From Bdellovibrionales bacterium (GTDB lineage: Bacteria > Bdellovibrionota > Bdellovibrionia > Bdellovibrionales > UBA1609): 64,000 nucleotides of DNA. Both the position numbers and the translations under genes were made by a program. Location: NCBI GenBank assembly GCA_965261545.1, contig CBDHDF010000010.1, positions 416,001 through 480,000 of the forward strand, given 5' to 3'. Below, in pieces: positions 48,650-58,571 of the stretch (position 1 is the stretch's first letter; every line of letters starts with the position of its first letter). A model generated the notes under the pieces. That model ran no database searches and was not told where the DNA came from. It saw only the letters and a program-made list of their open reading frames with translations.

Positions 48650-49462
48650 TTAACCTATATCTTTTGTTCCTTGCCTTTTCTTTTGTTCCTTTTGTTTGAA
48701 AAAAGGAAGCCTCAACAGCTCCCACAAACCATGGGGACCCTTTTCCTCCCTAAGACCTATCTCTATCTCCCCCCTTTCTCTCGATGGGGCGGTGTATGTG
48801 TGAAGCAGGCGATCCCAAATAGATAAACTGAACCCATAGTTACTATTTGTTTCATTCATATTCTGAGAGTGATGTAGCCTGTGCATATCGGGAGTCACCA
48901 AGAGAGGGCGTATAAATTTTTCAACCTTTGGGTGAATCTGAATATTTGCATGTTGGAAAATGGCACAGGCATTGAGAATGATTTCAAAGCTAAGAATAGT
49001 AAGAGCTGAGATACCCAAGGATCCCACCAGCACAAACTTAAAGATCATGGAAAAAAATATCTCCACGGGGTGAAATCGTAGAGCTGAAGAGGCATCTAAG
49101 TGGTGGTCACAATGATGAACTCGGTGGAACTTCCAACTCCATGACCACCTATGCAAAAACCAGTGCTGCCCATAGATACTTATATCCAGTAAAAAAAGCC
49201 CCAAGATAAAAGCTATTATGGGGTGTAAATCTAGAAAATAAAAAACTCCGTAACCTTGAGCCGAAACCCAGTAAGCAAACACTGTCGAGCCCATGGGAAG
49301 CCCCCCACGCACCAGCAGAACCCCCACAAAGATGAGTCCGTAGTTGGCCACCCACCTTGATCCTCGCACATGAGGTCTCCACGGGAGACAAAGCTCATAG
49401 ATATTCATAGTGGCGAGAGCGAGTGCAAAAGCTCCCAAGCGAATATAAGCCTCGTTTTCCAC
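48650..49462 (-). CDS. Sterol desaturase / fatty-acid hydroxylase family protein
   Basis: His boxes HWFLH, HRVHH, HRLHH and the NYG...SIWDRL motif. Confidence 0.9.
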   Translation of the reverse strand: MENEAYIRLGAFALALATMNIYELCLPWRPHVRGSRWVANYGLIFVGVLLVRGGLPMGSTVFAYWVSAQGYGVFYFLDLHPIIAFILGLFLLDISIYGQHWFLHRWSWSWKFHRVHHCDHHLDASSALRFHPVEIFFSMIFKFVLVGSLGISALTILSFEIILNACAIFQHANIQIHPKVEKFIRPLLVTPDMHRLHHSQNMNETNSNYGFSLSIWDRLLHTYTAPSRERGEIEIGLREEKGPHGLWELLRLPFFKQKEQKKRQGTKDIG

Positions 49463-49592
49463 ACCTTTCCCCTCCTAAGTTTTTCAGAAAATGATTATGG
49501 TATATAAGGGTCTTGTGCTATGATAAACACAAATTTCTATTGGCTGTCACTTAGAATGAATATGAAAAATATGATCCAGAATATGGCCTAGA

Positions 49593-51173
49593 GTGGAGGT
49601 TTCTCAATTGGTTTTCTTTATAGTTGTTTTGGCAAGCTTTTTTTGCGGCCTCTTCTTTGTGGGATTTCTCAACTACATGATGAAAAGGCGAATTCTCAAG
49701 GAAGCAGAAGCTGAGGGGCGTGAATATATTTCTCAAGCCCAACAAAACTCCGATGACATGATGTCGGACCTTCAAAGGCAAATAGAAGAAGAGCGCCTCG
49801 TGCATCTTGAGAATCTAGAAAATGAGCTTCAGCCTACCATAGAAAAAGATGAAGAAAAAAAGACCGCTCTCTCCGATCGTGAAACTCAATTGAAAGAATA
49901 TATCCTCGAAAAAGAGCGCATAGCTCAAGGCCAGCAATCCCAAGTCGACCACTATGAGAATCAAGTCAAGGGCCAGCAGGAGCGACTTCATCGCTTCAAG
50001 AAAAAATTCAGTCGCTTGCACAGCCATTATCAAAAAGAGCTTGAAAAGAAGTTTTCATTCTGTGTTGACGAAATCAAAGAGGAACTCAAAGAGTTAATTG
50101 TCGAAGAGGAACGCCTTGCTTGTCAAAAAGACTTGCAATTTCAAGAAGAGTTGGCCCAGCAAAATATGGAAAGAAATGCTCGCTCTATTCTCCATATTGC
50201 CTTGAACCGTTTTGCCCGGGCTTATTGCCCCGAAAGAGGAAACAATTACATTCATCTCATTGATGAGGAAACGAAAGACCGTATATTTGAATCCCAAAGG
50301 GCTCATTTGAGACAAGTTGAAGAACTTTGTGGTGTGGACCTTATCTATAAGCCTGATATGAACTCACTCTTTATTTCCGGTTTTGATCCCGTACGACGAG
50401 AATGGGCTTGCATTTGCCTTAAAAAATTGTTGGTAAAAAAGAATATTGATGAAACTTTTATTCGTAAAATGAGCCACGGTGTGAAGCGTGAACTTTTTAG
50501 AAAGATCAAACGGAATGGAAAGAAGCTTGGCAAGGAACTATGTTTAACAGGTTTGCATCCTAAAATCATTTATATGATGGGAGCCCTTCGATATCGCTAT
50601 TCCTTTGCTCAAAACCAGTACTTTCATTGCTCAGAAGTGGGTTTTTTGTGTGGACTTCTTGCCACTGAACTGGGCCTTCCCATTTCTGAAGCTCGTCGTA
50701 TAGGAATGCTTCATGATATTGGAAAGGCCATGGATCACAGCTTGGATGGAGGGCATGCTGTCATTGGAGCTGATTTCATTAAAAATCATGGTGAATCTGC
50801 GGCAGTTGTTCATGCTGTTCGCGCCCACCACTATGATGAAGAACCCTCCACAGATCTTGCCTTCCTTGTTATTGCAGCAGATGCTCTTTCAGGAGCAAGA
50901 CCGGGGGCAAGACGCTCCACCACAGACTCCTATGTGCAAAAAATGGGACAACTTCAAAAAATTGGAAGTAGCTTTGAACACACAAAAGATACTTGTATTA
51001 TGAGTGCCGGTCGAGAAGTTCGCATTCAGGTCGACAGCAAAAAAGTGAGTGACCGAGATATACTTGATTTGAGCAAGAAAATTGTTCGCAAAATCGAAGA
51101 AGAATGTAACTATCCAGGATTCATTAAAGTGACTGTTGTTCGCCAAACTCAAACTGTTGAATACGCAAAGTAA
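49593..51173 (+). CDS. rny: Ribonuclease Y-like protein (TM, coiled coil, degenerate KH, HD)
   Basis: SGFDPVRRE, LHDIGK, ADALSGARPGAR, AGREVR and YPGFIKVTV motifs. Confidence 0.9.
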   Translation: MEVSQLVFFIVVLASFFCGLFFVGFLNYMMKRRILKEAEAEGREYISQAQQNSDDMMSDLQRQIEEERLVHLENLENELQPTIEKDEEKKTALSDRETQLKEYILEKERIAQGQQSQVDHYENQVKGQQERLHRFKKKFSRLHSHYQKELEKKFSFCVDEIKEELKELIVEEERLACQKDLQFQEELAQQNMERNARSILHIALNRFARAYCPERGNNYIHLIDEETKDRIFESQRAHLRQVEELCGVDLIYKPDMNSLFISGFDPVRREWACICLKKLLVKKNIDETFIRKMSHGVKRELFRKIKRNGKKLGKELCLTGLHPKIIYMMGALRYRYSFAQNQYFHCSEVGFLCGLLATELGLPISEARRIGMLHDIGKAMDHSLDGGHAVIGADFIKNHGESAAVVHAVRAHHYDEEPSTDLAFLVIAADALSGARPGARRSTTDSYVQKMGQLQKIGSSFEHTKDTCIMSAGREVRIQVDSKKVSDRDILDLSKKIVRKIEEECNYPGFIKVTVVRQTQTVEYAK

Positions 51174-51208
51174 GAAAGGGCGTGAACAGTTCCTACAATA
51201 AATAAGAG

Positions 51209-52444
51209 CTATCCTAGCTTCTTTTTTCCAAAACCCAAGCCTCCAAGTATGTCCTTTTTCGGGGAGGTCTTGTTATCAAATGTTTTACTACTTGGAGAAG
51301 CGGAGGTTGAAGACGTGGCACCTCTGGGGGGGGGGCGATTGGAATTGGAATTGTTGTTCAGGTATGTAATGTCACCACCCTGTTGAGAAGCACCTTGGGC
51401 GCGAACTTGCCGCAAGGGCCTTCCTAAAAACAGTTCGGCATCGTCTTCGGAGACCTTTCCTTCACTGATAAGTTTAGTAAGACTGCTTTCAAAAGTAATC
51501 ATACCATGTTCAGAACTTGTTTGCATGGTCGATGGAATTTGGTATGTCTTTCCCTCACGAATGAGGTTGGCCACCGCATGAGTATTGGTTAAAACTTCAA
51601 AGGCTGCCACTCGTCCCGCCTGGTCTCTCCTTTTAAAGAGAGTCTGTGCCACAACACCCTTTAAGCTTTCTGCCAACATCTTACGAATTTGAGCCTGCTG
51701 ACTTTCAGAAAAAACATCGATGATACGATCGATAGTTTTGGAGGCGCTGTTGGTATGGAGTGTTGCAAAGACCAAGTGACCTGTTTCAGCTGCTGTGATG
51801 GCGAGGTGAATGGTTTCTAAGTCACGCATCTCACCCACGAGAATGATATCTGGATCTTCACGAAGAGACGACCTGAGGGCATTGGCAAAGGACTTGGTAT
51901 GACTATTGATCTCTCTTTGGTTGATCAGGGATTTGATGTTAGAGTGCACAAACTCAATTGGATCTTCAATGGTGATAATATGCTCTTTTCTTGTGGAATT
52001 GATGGCATGAATGAGAGCGGCAAGAGTTGTGGATTTACCTGAACCCGTGGGGCCTGTGACGAGAATGAGTCCCCGTGAAGTATCTATAAGGCTCGTGATT
52101 TCTTTGAAGAGTCCGAGTTGCTCAGTTGTGACCACTTCTTCTGGAATCACACGAAAAACCGCTCCTAAGCCTCGTCGTTGCATAAAGACATTGCAGCGAA
52201 ATCTTCCTAGACCTTTGACGCTATAGCTACAGTCCAATTCCCACTTCTCAACAAAGTCCCTCTTTTGCTTATCCGTAATGATTTCAAAAATGAGGGACTG
52301 GACATCCGCACTCTTAAGAATTTTGTCATCGAGCTTCACTATGGATCCGTGGCTTCGGATACATGCTGGGGACCCCGCACTCAAGTGCAGATCTGAGGCA
52401 CTCTGAGCAATCATCATCTTAAAAAGTTGATCAATTTGAGCCAT
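51209..52444 (-). CDS. pilT: Type IV pilus retraction ATPase
   Basis: ASDLHL, GPTGSGKST, TIEDPIE, LREDPD and ETGHLVFATLHT motifs. Confidence 0.96.
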   Translation of the reverse strand: MAQIDQLFKMMIAQSASDLHLSAGSPACIRSHGSIVKLDDKILKSADVQSLIFEIITDKQKRDFVEKWELDCSYSVKGLGRFRCNVFMQRRGLGAVFRVIPEEVVTTEQLGLFKEITSLIDTSRGLILVTGPTGSGKSTTLAALIHAINSTRKEHIITIEDPIEFVHSNIKSLINQREINSHTKSFANALRSSLREDPDIILVGEMRDLETIHLAITAAETGHLVFATLHTNSASKTIDRIIDVFSESQQAQIRKMLAESLKGVVAQTLFKRRDQAGRVAAFEVLTNTHAVANLIREGKTYQIPSTMQTSSEHGMITFESSLTKLISEGKVSEDDAELFLGRPLRQVRAQGASQQGGDITYLNNNSNSNRPPPRGATSSTSASPSSKTFDNKTSPKKDILGGLGFGKKKLG

Positions 52445-52662
52445 ATGAATTCCTTTCTCAAGTTATGGTGTTATTTACCTATCGGCTGCATGGAGGGAGT
52501 CCTACAGGCACTTTAATACACTGCGCAGGACGAGGGGGCCAAAGCTCCTTTAATTATGTGAAATACTTTGCTTTGTTTTTATATCTGTTGTATCTATCTA
52601 GAGTTGTGTCTATATAGTCTATACATTATCTATCTAGCTGTAGGGTTAGTGGGAGGTAAAGG

Positions 52663-53031
52663 GTGTATGCTGTTATATGTTCAGGTGGAAAGCAATACAA
52701 AGTCAAACCTGGAGATGTTATCCGTGTTGAAAAAAGAGATGAAGACTTAGGAGCCGAACTACAACTGACGGATGTTTTGTTTTTGGGTGGCTGTACTCCC
52801 CCCATTGTGGGTGAGCCTCAAATCTCATCTGCCAAGGTGATGGCTCTTGTCACAGCCCAAGCGAGAGGTCCAAAAGTACTTGTATTTAAGAAAAAGCGTC
52901 GCCAAGGTTACAAGCGAATGAAAGGGCATCGCCAGGATTACACAGAGCTTTTCGTGAAATCTCTAACACTTCCCAGTGGAGAAGTTATAGGTAAGGAATT
53001 AGGTAAAGAAACAAGTAAAGAAAATAGGTAA
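52663..53031 (+). CDS. rplU: 50S ribosomal protein L21
   Basis: YAVI.SGGKQYKV and FKKKRRQGY..MKGHRQ motifs. Confidence 0.97.
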   Translation: MYAVICSGGKQYKVKPGDVIRVEKRDEDLGAELQLTDVLFLGGCTPPIVGEPQISSAKVMALVTAQARGPKVLVFKKKRRQGYKRMKGHRQDYTELFVKSLTLPSGEVIGKELGKETSKENR

Positions 53032-53180
53032 CTACTCATCCCTATAGCTGCTCACGGCTTGGATGAGATACGAGGCACCAAGGCGGCGGCGACTGGAGGC
53101 GTACTTTGAGTACGTTGAAAGGAGCCACCGCCGCAGGTAACGAAGTAGATCGCCAAGGAGTGAGCAGCTACGAAAGTAGT
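53031..53180. repeat. Nested palindromic element (RPE/MITE-like) in the rplU-rpmA spacer
   Basis: IR TAGCTGCTCAC (53045-53055) / GTGAGCAGCTA (53160-53170). Outer ACTACT/AGTAGT. Inner GCGGCGGC/GCCACCGCCGC and GCGTACT-TTG-AGTACGT. Confidence 0.7.
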
Positions 53181-53222
53181 GTTCAAAACTAAACTCAGTG
53201 GCAGGAAAGAAAGGAGTTCATT

Positions 53223-53510
53223 GTGGCATCAAAGAAAGCCATGGGGAGCACAAGGAATGGACGAGACAGTCAAGGTCAGCGCTTGGGCGTCAAGCGTTTT
53301 GGTGGCCAGCGTGTCAAGCCAGGGGTGATTATCGTTCGCCAAAGGGGAACTAAGTTTGATGTTGGCAATAATGTAAAAATGGGGCGTGACCATACCATCT
53401 ACTCTGTAATTCATGGGTGCGTTAAGTTTGAACGAGTGAATAAGAAAAAATTTAAAATTAGCGTGTATCCGCAAGCACCCCAAGCGGCTAAGACAAACCA
53501 AACGGCATAA
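53223..53510 (+). CDS. rpmA: 50S ribosomal protein L27
   Basis: [21 protein letters not shown] and GRDHT motifs. Confidence 0.97.
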   Translation: MASKKAMGSTRNGRDSQGQRLGVKRFGGQRVKPGVIIVRQRGTKFDVGNNVKMGRDHTIYSVIHGCVKFERVNKKKFKISVYPQAPQAAKTNQTA

Positions 53511-53555
53511 TTTATTCATCACTATCCACCCACCAACCTTATGATCGACCGACCC

Positions 53556-53614
53556 TACTTAATTATGAAATTTATACTTAATTATGAAATTTATACTTAA
53601 TTATGAAATTTATA
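53556..53614 (+). repeat. Perfect 19-bp tandem repeat x3 containing the obgE start codon
   Basis: TACTTAATTATGAAATTTA x3. The third ATG (53603) is the obgE start. Confidence 0.95.
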
Positions 53615-54643
53615 GATGAAGTTCATATTTCAGTGGGCTCTGGACATGGAGGCCCCGGCTGTGTGAGCTTCCGCCGTGAAAGCGGAATCCCCCGGGGCGG
53701 CCCCGATGGAGGGGACGGCGGAAAGGGTGGAGATGTCATCTTTCAAGCGAACCCCCAACTATCATCGCTTTTGGATCTCAGATACAAAAGAAAGTATTAT
53801 GCAGGGAATGGAGAGCCCGGAAGAGGCTCTCTGATGACCGGAGCCAGCGGTCGGAATATGGTCATTCAAATTCCCAAAGGCACAGTGATTCGTCGCGAGG
53901 AAACCGATGAGCTTGTGGTGGATATGGCAGATCATGAAGAATACCTCTTTTTAAAGGGAGGACGCGGGGGCAAAGGGAACACTTTTTATAAATCCAGTAT
54001 TCAACAAGCCCCGCAAAAGGCTCAATCCGGGGAATCGGGACATCGAGCCAACCTTCAGTTAGAGTTAAAACTTCTTGCCGATGTCGGCTTGGTCGGCATG
54101 CCCAATGGGGGAAAGTCCACATTTATTTCCAGGGTTTCAGCTGTGAAGCCCAAGGTTGCAGACTACCCCTTTACAACATTGATCCCCCATCTAGGTGTGG
54201 TTCGTTATACAGATGAGAAAACCTATGTTATGGCAGACATTCCTGGCCTTATTGAGGGCGCTCACCGTGGAATCGGGCTAGGCATTCAATTTTTAAAGCA
54301 TATTGAGAGAACCAAGATTTTTATTCACCTCATCGATGGTTCCGAAATGGCTTCCACAGAACCCCTTGAGGCTTATCAAGTTATTTGCCGAGAGCTAGAA
54401 GCCTATGATCGAGAGCAAGCTTCAAGGTTGGAGTGGACCCCTCTCATGAAGCGTCCTCAAATTGTTGTTATCAATAAGGTCGATATTATAAGTGATCTGA
54501 GAAAGAAAGAACTCAAGAAGTTGTTTGCCCACAGCTCTGCCCCCCCCCCTGTCACTTCTATTCACTTTGTTTCAGCGGCCACAGGAGAGAACATGCAGAA
54601 AATGGTTTACTTAGTGGGTGACAGAATTTTTAACCCAAGGTGA
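53603..54643 (+). CDS. obgE: GTPase Obg
   Basis: MKFIDE, GGPDGGDGGKGG, GMPNGGKST, DYPFTT, DIPG and NKVD motifs. Confidence 0.98.
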   Translation: MKFIDEVHISVGSGHGGPGCVSFRRESGIPRGGPDGGDGGKGGDVIFQANPQLSSLLDLRYKRKYYAGNGEPGRGSLMTGASGRNMVIQIPKGTVIRREETDELVVDMADHEEYLFLKGGRGGKGNTFYKSSIQQAPQKAQSGESGHRANLQLELKLLADVGLVGMPNGGKSTFISRVSAVKPKVADYPFTTLIPHLGVVRYTDEKTYVMADIPGLIEGAHRGIGLGIQFLKHIERTKIFIHLIDGSEMASTEPLEAYQVICRELEAYDREQASRLEWTPLMKRPQIVVINKVDIISDLRKKELKKLFAHSSAPPPVTSIHFVSAATGENMQKMVYLVGDRIFNPR

Positions 54644-55680
54644 GGCTAGGTATTTTTGGGGGTTCTTTTAATCCCATTCATAATGGACATATCAACAGCC
54701 TTGTTTCCCTGTACAAAGCCCTAGGACTAAACCGCCTCTTTGTTGTGCCTGCGGCCCAGAATCCCCTGCGCCCCCCCGTGGAGGGAGCTTCACCATGGCA
54801 TCGTCTCGAAATGGTTCAAATAGCTCTTAAGGAGACACCTTTTGAGCTAGACCCCTTTGAACTAGAAAAAGGCGGTCTTAGCTTTACAATAAACACCCTT
54901 CAGAGGTATCATAGTAGATATAGGAACTGGGAGGTAAGTCTTATTATAGGGATCGACCAATTCTTACATTTTCATCAATGGAAGGATTATAAAACAATCC
55001 TTTGTAAAAATGATCTTGTGATCACCAGCCGCCCCGGCGAGAATCTTCCCCAAAAGTCATCGGAGATACCACCCATCTTTAGATCTTTTCTAGCTCCGCC
55101 CCATACCCCAACTTCTTCAACGTACTCAATGGCTTACGAAGTGAAACTAAAAACTGGACGAAGTCTTATTTTCTATCCATTGGAAGATAGGAATATCTCT
55201 TCGACTCAAATTCGAGACAATTTAAGGAAAGGAGTGTCTGTGGCAGAAATGATTCCCAGTGAAGTTTTAGAATACATTCACCATCGTAAACTCTACAAGT
55301 CAGGTGATGTTGATACTGATGATTCTGACTTTAAAGTGCTTACAGAATTTGCAGCTCGCATTCTCTGTGATAAGGGCGGTATTCAAGTAAGAGCCTTCGA
55401 TGTGTCCCACTTAGATCGACCCACAGAGTATTATCTCATCGCATCGGGAACAAGCACAAGGCACACCACGGCCCTTGCCGAGCATATGGTCATGGGACTC
55501 AAAAAGAAGTGGACTGTCACTCCCCAAGGAACAGAAGGGGAGTTGGAGGGACGCTGGATTGCCCTCGATTATGGGTCTTTGATTGTCCATGTGTTTTATG
55601 ACTTTGTTCGCTGGGAGTACAGGCTAGAAGAACTGTGGCAAGACGGCATTGAAATGGAAGTTAAAAGCCATGAAAATTAA
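54640..55680 (+). CDS. nadD-rsfS: Fusion: nicotinate-nucleotide adenylyltransferase (NadD) + ribosome silencing factor RsfS
   Basis: GGSFNPIHNGH and ISSTQIR, then IASGTSTRH, WIALDYGSLIVHVF and YRLEELW in the same ORF. Confidence 0.9.
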   Translation: MRLGIFGGSFNPIHNGHINSLVSLYKALGLNRLFVVPAAQNPLRPPVEGASPWHRLEMVQIALKETPFELDPFELEKGGLSFTINTLQRYHSRYRNWEVSLIIGIDQFLHFHQWKDYKTILCKNDLVITSRPGENLPQKSSEIPPIFRSFLAPPHTPTSSTYSMAYEVKLKTGRSLIFYPLEDRNISSTQIRDNLRKGVSVAEMIPSEVLEYIHHRKLYKSGDVDTDDSDFKVLTEFAARILCDKGGIQVRAFDVSHLDRPTEYYLIASGTSTRHTTALAEHMVMGLKKKWTVTPQGTEGELEGRWIALDYGSLIVHVFYDFVRWEYRLEELWQDGIEMEVKSHEN

Positions 55681-55717
55681 GAGCAATGAAATTAAGATTC
55701 ATGGAAGTTAAGAGCAA

Positions 55718-56203
55718 GTGAAGCTCGCTTTTGTGGGCTTTCTTTCGTCCAAAGATCAATGGTTTGAGTTTTTTGTCCATGGGTACACAAAAAAGATCAA
55801 CCATTTATTTCCCTTTGAATATCATTCCTTAAAGTCCAGACCCTTTCCCCAAACTCAATGGGATAGCAAAGTCCGAGAAGAATGCAAACAGCTTTTCAAA
55901 TTTCTTACCCTTAGGGATCGCCTCATTTTATTGGATGTTAAGGGTCGCTCCTTCAAAGACTCCATGGAATTTTCAAGATTCCTTGTGACCCATGTGGAGT
56001 CTGGCCCAAAGAGGTTGGTTTTTGCCGTGGGGGGAGCTTATGGATTCTCCCCGGAGGTCCATTCACGGGCCCTCGATCAAATATCTCTCTCTTCGCTCAC
56101 CATGAGTCACCAAGTGGCCATGGTGGCCTCCCTTGAGCAAATTTATCGTGGCCTTTCTATCTGGAAGGGTCTTCCCTATCACCATGAAAATCATAGCTTT
56201 TGA
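55718..56203 (+). CDS. rlmH: 23S rRNA pseudouridine1915 methyltransferase
   Basis: FAVGGAYG, SLSSLTMSH and EQIYR...G.PYH motifs. Confidence 0.93.
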   Translation: MKLAFVGFLSSKDQWFEFFVHGYTKKINHLFPFEYHSLKSRPFPQTQWDSKVREECKQLFKFLTLRDRLILLDVKGRSFKDSMEFSRFLVTHVESGPKRLVFAVGGAYGFSPEVHSRALDQISLSSLTMSHQVAMVASLEQIYRGLSIWKGLPYHHENHSF

Positions 56204-56315
56204 TAGAGAACAGCCCTTGTGCCGGTACCGGAGACACGATGACCGGATAAAAATCTTTTCATCTAAAATACAAAGATGATAAAAGCTGAGACTAGGCTTG
56301 CAGTCACGTTGTTTT

Positions 56316-57755
56316 ATGCGTGTTTACTCCTTAACAAAACAACTTTATGAATTTGTCCCCCTTGAGGTCGAAATTTCATTTATGCCAGGTCTTCCTCGCT
56401 TTCACATTATGGGTCTCCCCGATATTGCCATACGTGAAAGTCAAGCGAGAATCAAATCAGCCCTGCGCCACCAGGGATTTAAACTTCCCCGCTATCAACA
56501 AGTTTTAGTGAACTTAAAACCCTTGCATTTAAAAAAGAGCAGTCAAGGCTTAGACTTGGCCATTGCCTGTGCTTATTTGTGGGCCTCCAAGCAGGTTCCC
56601 CTACCTGAAGTTTCCTTAGATAAAATATGTATTTATGGGGAGCTCAGTTTAGCCGGTGAAATTCAAGTCCCCGAAGACTTTGAGGACCTCGATGAAATGA
56701 AGGAAAATCACTTCATTCTGTCGGCCCCGCCCTCATCCACAACAAGGTGGAATTGGTTGGGAGCCAAAAAGCTTCAAGACCTAGAAAGCCTTGAAAAAAT
56801 CACCCCCCAAGAAGAAAGCTGTGAGTTTACAAGACCCTCTTTGGATGACAACGTCCACTTTAAACTCGCCCAAGCCCACCTTATGACTGTTGTAGGCACT
56901 GGTGAGCACTCACTCTGTATTGCCGGACCTGCTGGCTCAGGAAAAACAACATTGGTTAAAAATACCCATAGAATATTATCCAACCCCAGTCCCTGTCGCT
57001 ATCGAGAAAGTCGAAAAATGGCAAGATCCATGGGGCTTCAAGAGTCGTGGAGGCCCTTGGTGGTCCCCCACCACAGTATTCCCGTGATGTCTATGGTGGG
57101 GGGAGGAAGCCCCCCTGTTCCAGGAGAAATTTCAAGAGCCCACGGGGGTGTTCTTTTGCTGGATGAATTCTTGGAATTTCACACTTATGTTAGAGAGTCT
57201 TTAAGGGAGCCCATGGAGAGCAAAAACATCACTGTGGCTCGAAGAGGACAAATTTGCCACTTTCCCGCCAACTTCATACTCATGGCCACGACCAATCTGT
57301 GTCCCTGTGGAAACTATGTTCCCGCAAACCCCACTCGCTGTCATTTTACAATATCACGCTGCCGCTCCTACTTGGATAAACTAAGCGGTCCTCTCTTGGA
57401 TCGCTTTGCCATACTTGCCATGAGCCATCAATGGAAGGGGGACTTAATTGTGCCAATCAAGGAAATCAGAGAAAGGGTGGCTCAAGCCCAGGACTTTGCC
57501 CGCAAGACCCGAGGACAAATATCCCCCAATGCAGACTTAGATATCAAGAGTTTAGAAACTTTTGTTGACAAGTTTGTCATAGAAAATTTGCTTCCAAGCT
57601 TTGAAGGCTCTCAACGTCGAAAGAAAGCTCTTTTTCAAGTGGCAAGAAGTCTCGCTGACTTGAAGAAACAAGAGAAAATTCCCATGGAAACTCTCAATGA
57701 AGCCATGGATTTGTGCGTAAGACCTTTTAGTGATCTTAAATTTGGAGTGACTTAA
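56316..57755 (+). CDS. comM: YifB/ComM family Mg-chelatase-like AAA+ ATPase
   Basis: GLPDIAIRES, GPAGSGKT, PGEISRAHGGVLLLDE and NLCPCG motifs. Confidence 0.9.
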   Translation: MRVYSLTKQLYEFVPLEVEISFMPGLPRFHIMGLPDIAIRESQARIKSALRHQGFKLPRYQQVLVNLKPLHLKKSSQGLDLAIACAYLWASKQVPLPEVSLDKICIYGELSLAGEIQVPEDFEDLDEMKENHFILSAPPSSTTRWNWLGAKKLQDLESLEKITPQEESCEFTRPSLDDNVHFKLAQAHLMTVVGTGEHSLCIAGPAGSGKTTLVKNTHRILSNPSPCRYRESRKMARSMGLQESWRPLVVPHHSIPVMSMVGGGSPPVPGEISRAHGGVLLLDEFLEFHTYVRESLREPMESKNITVARRGQICHFPANFILMATTNLCPCGNYVPANPTRCHFTISRCRSYLDKLSGPLLDRFAILAMSHQWKGDLIVPIKEIRERVAQAQDFARKTRGQISPNADLDIKSLETFVDKFVIENLLPSFEGSQRRKKALFQVARSLADLKKQEKIPMETLNEAMDLCVRPFSDLKFGVT

Positions 57756-57989
57756 GTGACTTGTAAAAGCTTACTTCTCGATAACTTGTAAGCAAGTGTC
57801 TAAAGTATGACACCAAACCTCTTAGAGCTTTCAAGAAACCCCCAAAAAACCTTGCAAAAGCAAAGCTTTACAAAAGTTTTATTGGCCTCTGTCTTGCATC
57901 TTTCATATATTATAGCTCTATGGCTATCAATTATAGCTAGGCTGCGGCTTTGGCATAATCTATGGTCACACACATGGGGGAGGGAAAGT

Positions 57990-58571
57990 ATGAAATATCT
58001 TTCACGAGTAGGATTTGGTTTAGCCGCTCTGATGGGACTGCTACTTCTTTTGTGTGTCTCCTCATCACCAAACCCGAAGGGGAGGATAAAAGCCTTAGTC
58101 TCAAGGCTTGTGTTTGACTCCATAGAAGAGCAAGATGCAGAAATCAATCATCATTTGAAACAAAATTTTATGAAACAAAAAATAAAAGCCATGGTGGTGG
58201 AGGCTGAAAATGGCGACATCAAGCTCGATCCTTTGCCTGAATTGCTGGCAAAGAAAACCGTAGATAAAAATTTGTGGGGAGTCAACTTGAAGCAAGAAAG
58301 AGGGGCTCGCCATATTGTTGCAGATATTGAAAAAGAAAAGAGAGACTCACAGCCACAACCACAAACTGTGGAACAAGAGATTCTCCAAGAAATAGCTGAA
58401 ATTGAAGCAGAAACTCAATACTACAAAATGTATAAGAAGGAGTTTATAGATTCCTTTATAGAAAATGCCTTAGAGGCCGGCTACGCAATTCAACTGAGTG
58501 AAGACCTTGAAGTTGTTGGCATTCAAGAAGCAAGAATAAAGCCTAGGCTTTATGACCCAGAAACACTTTAA
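57990..58571 (+). CDS. Hypothetical protein with N-terminal anchor (ORF track starts at 57807)
   Basis: GGGAGG RBS before ATG 57990. Confidence 0.65.
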   Translation: MKYLSRVGFGLAALMGLLLLLCVSSSPNPKGRIKALVSRLVFDSIEEQDAEINHHLKQNFMKQKIKAMVVEAENGDIKLDPLPELLAKKTVDKNLWGVNLKQERGARHIVADIEKEKRDSQPQPQTVEQEILQEIAEIEAETQYYKMYKKEFIDSFIENALEAGYAIQLSEDLEVVGIQEARIKPRLYDPETL

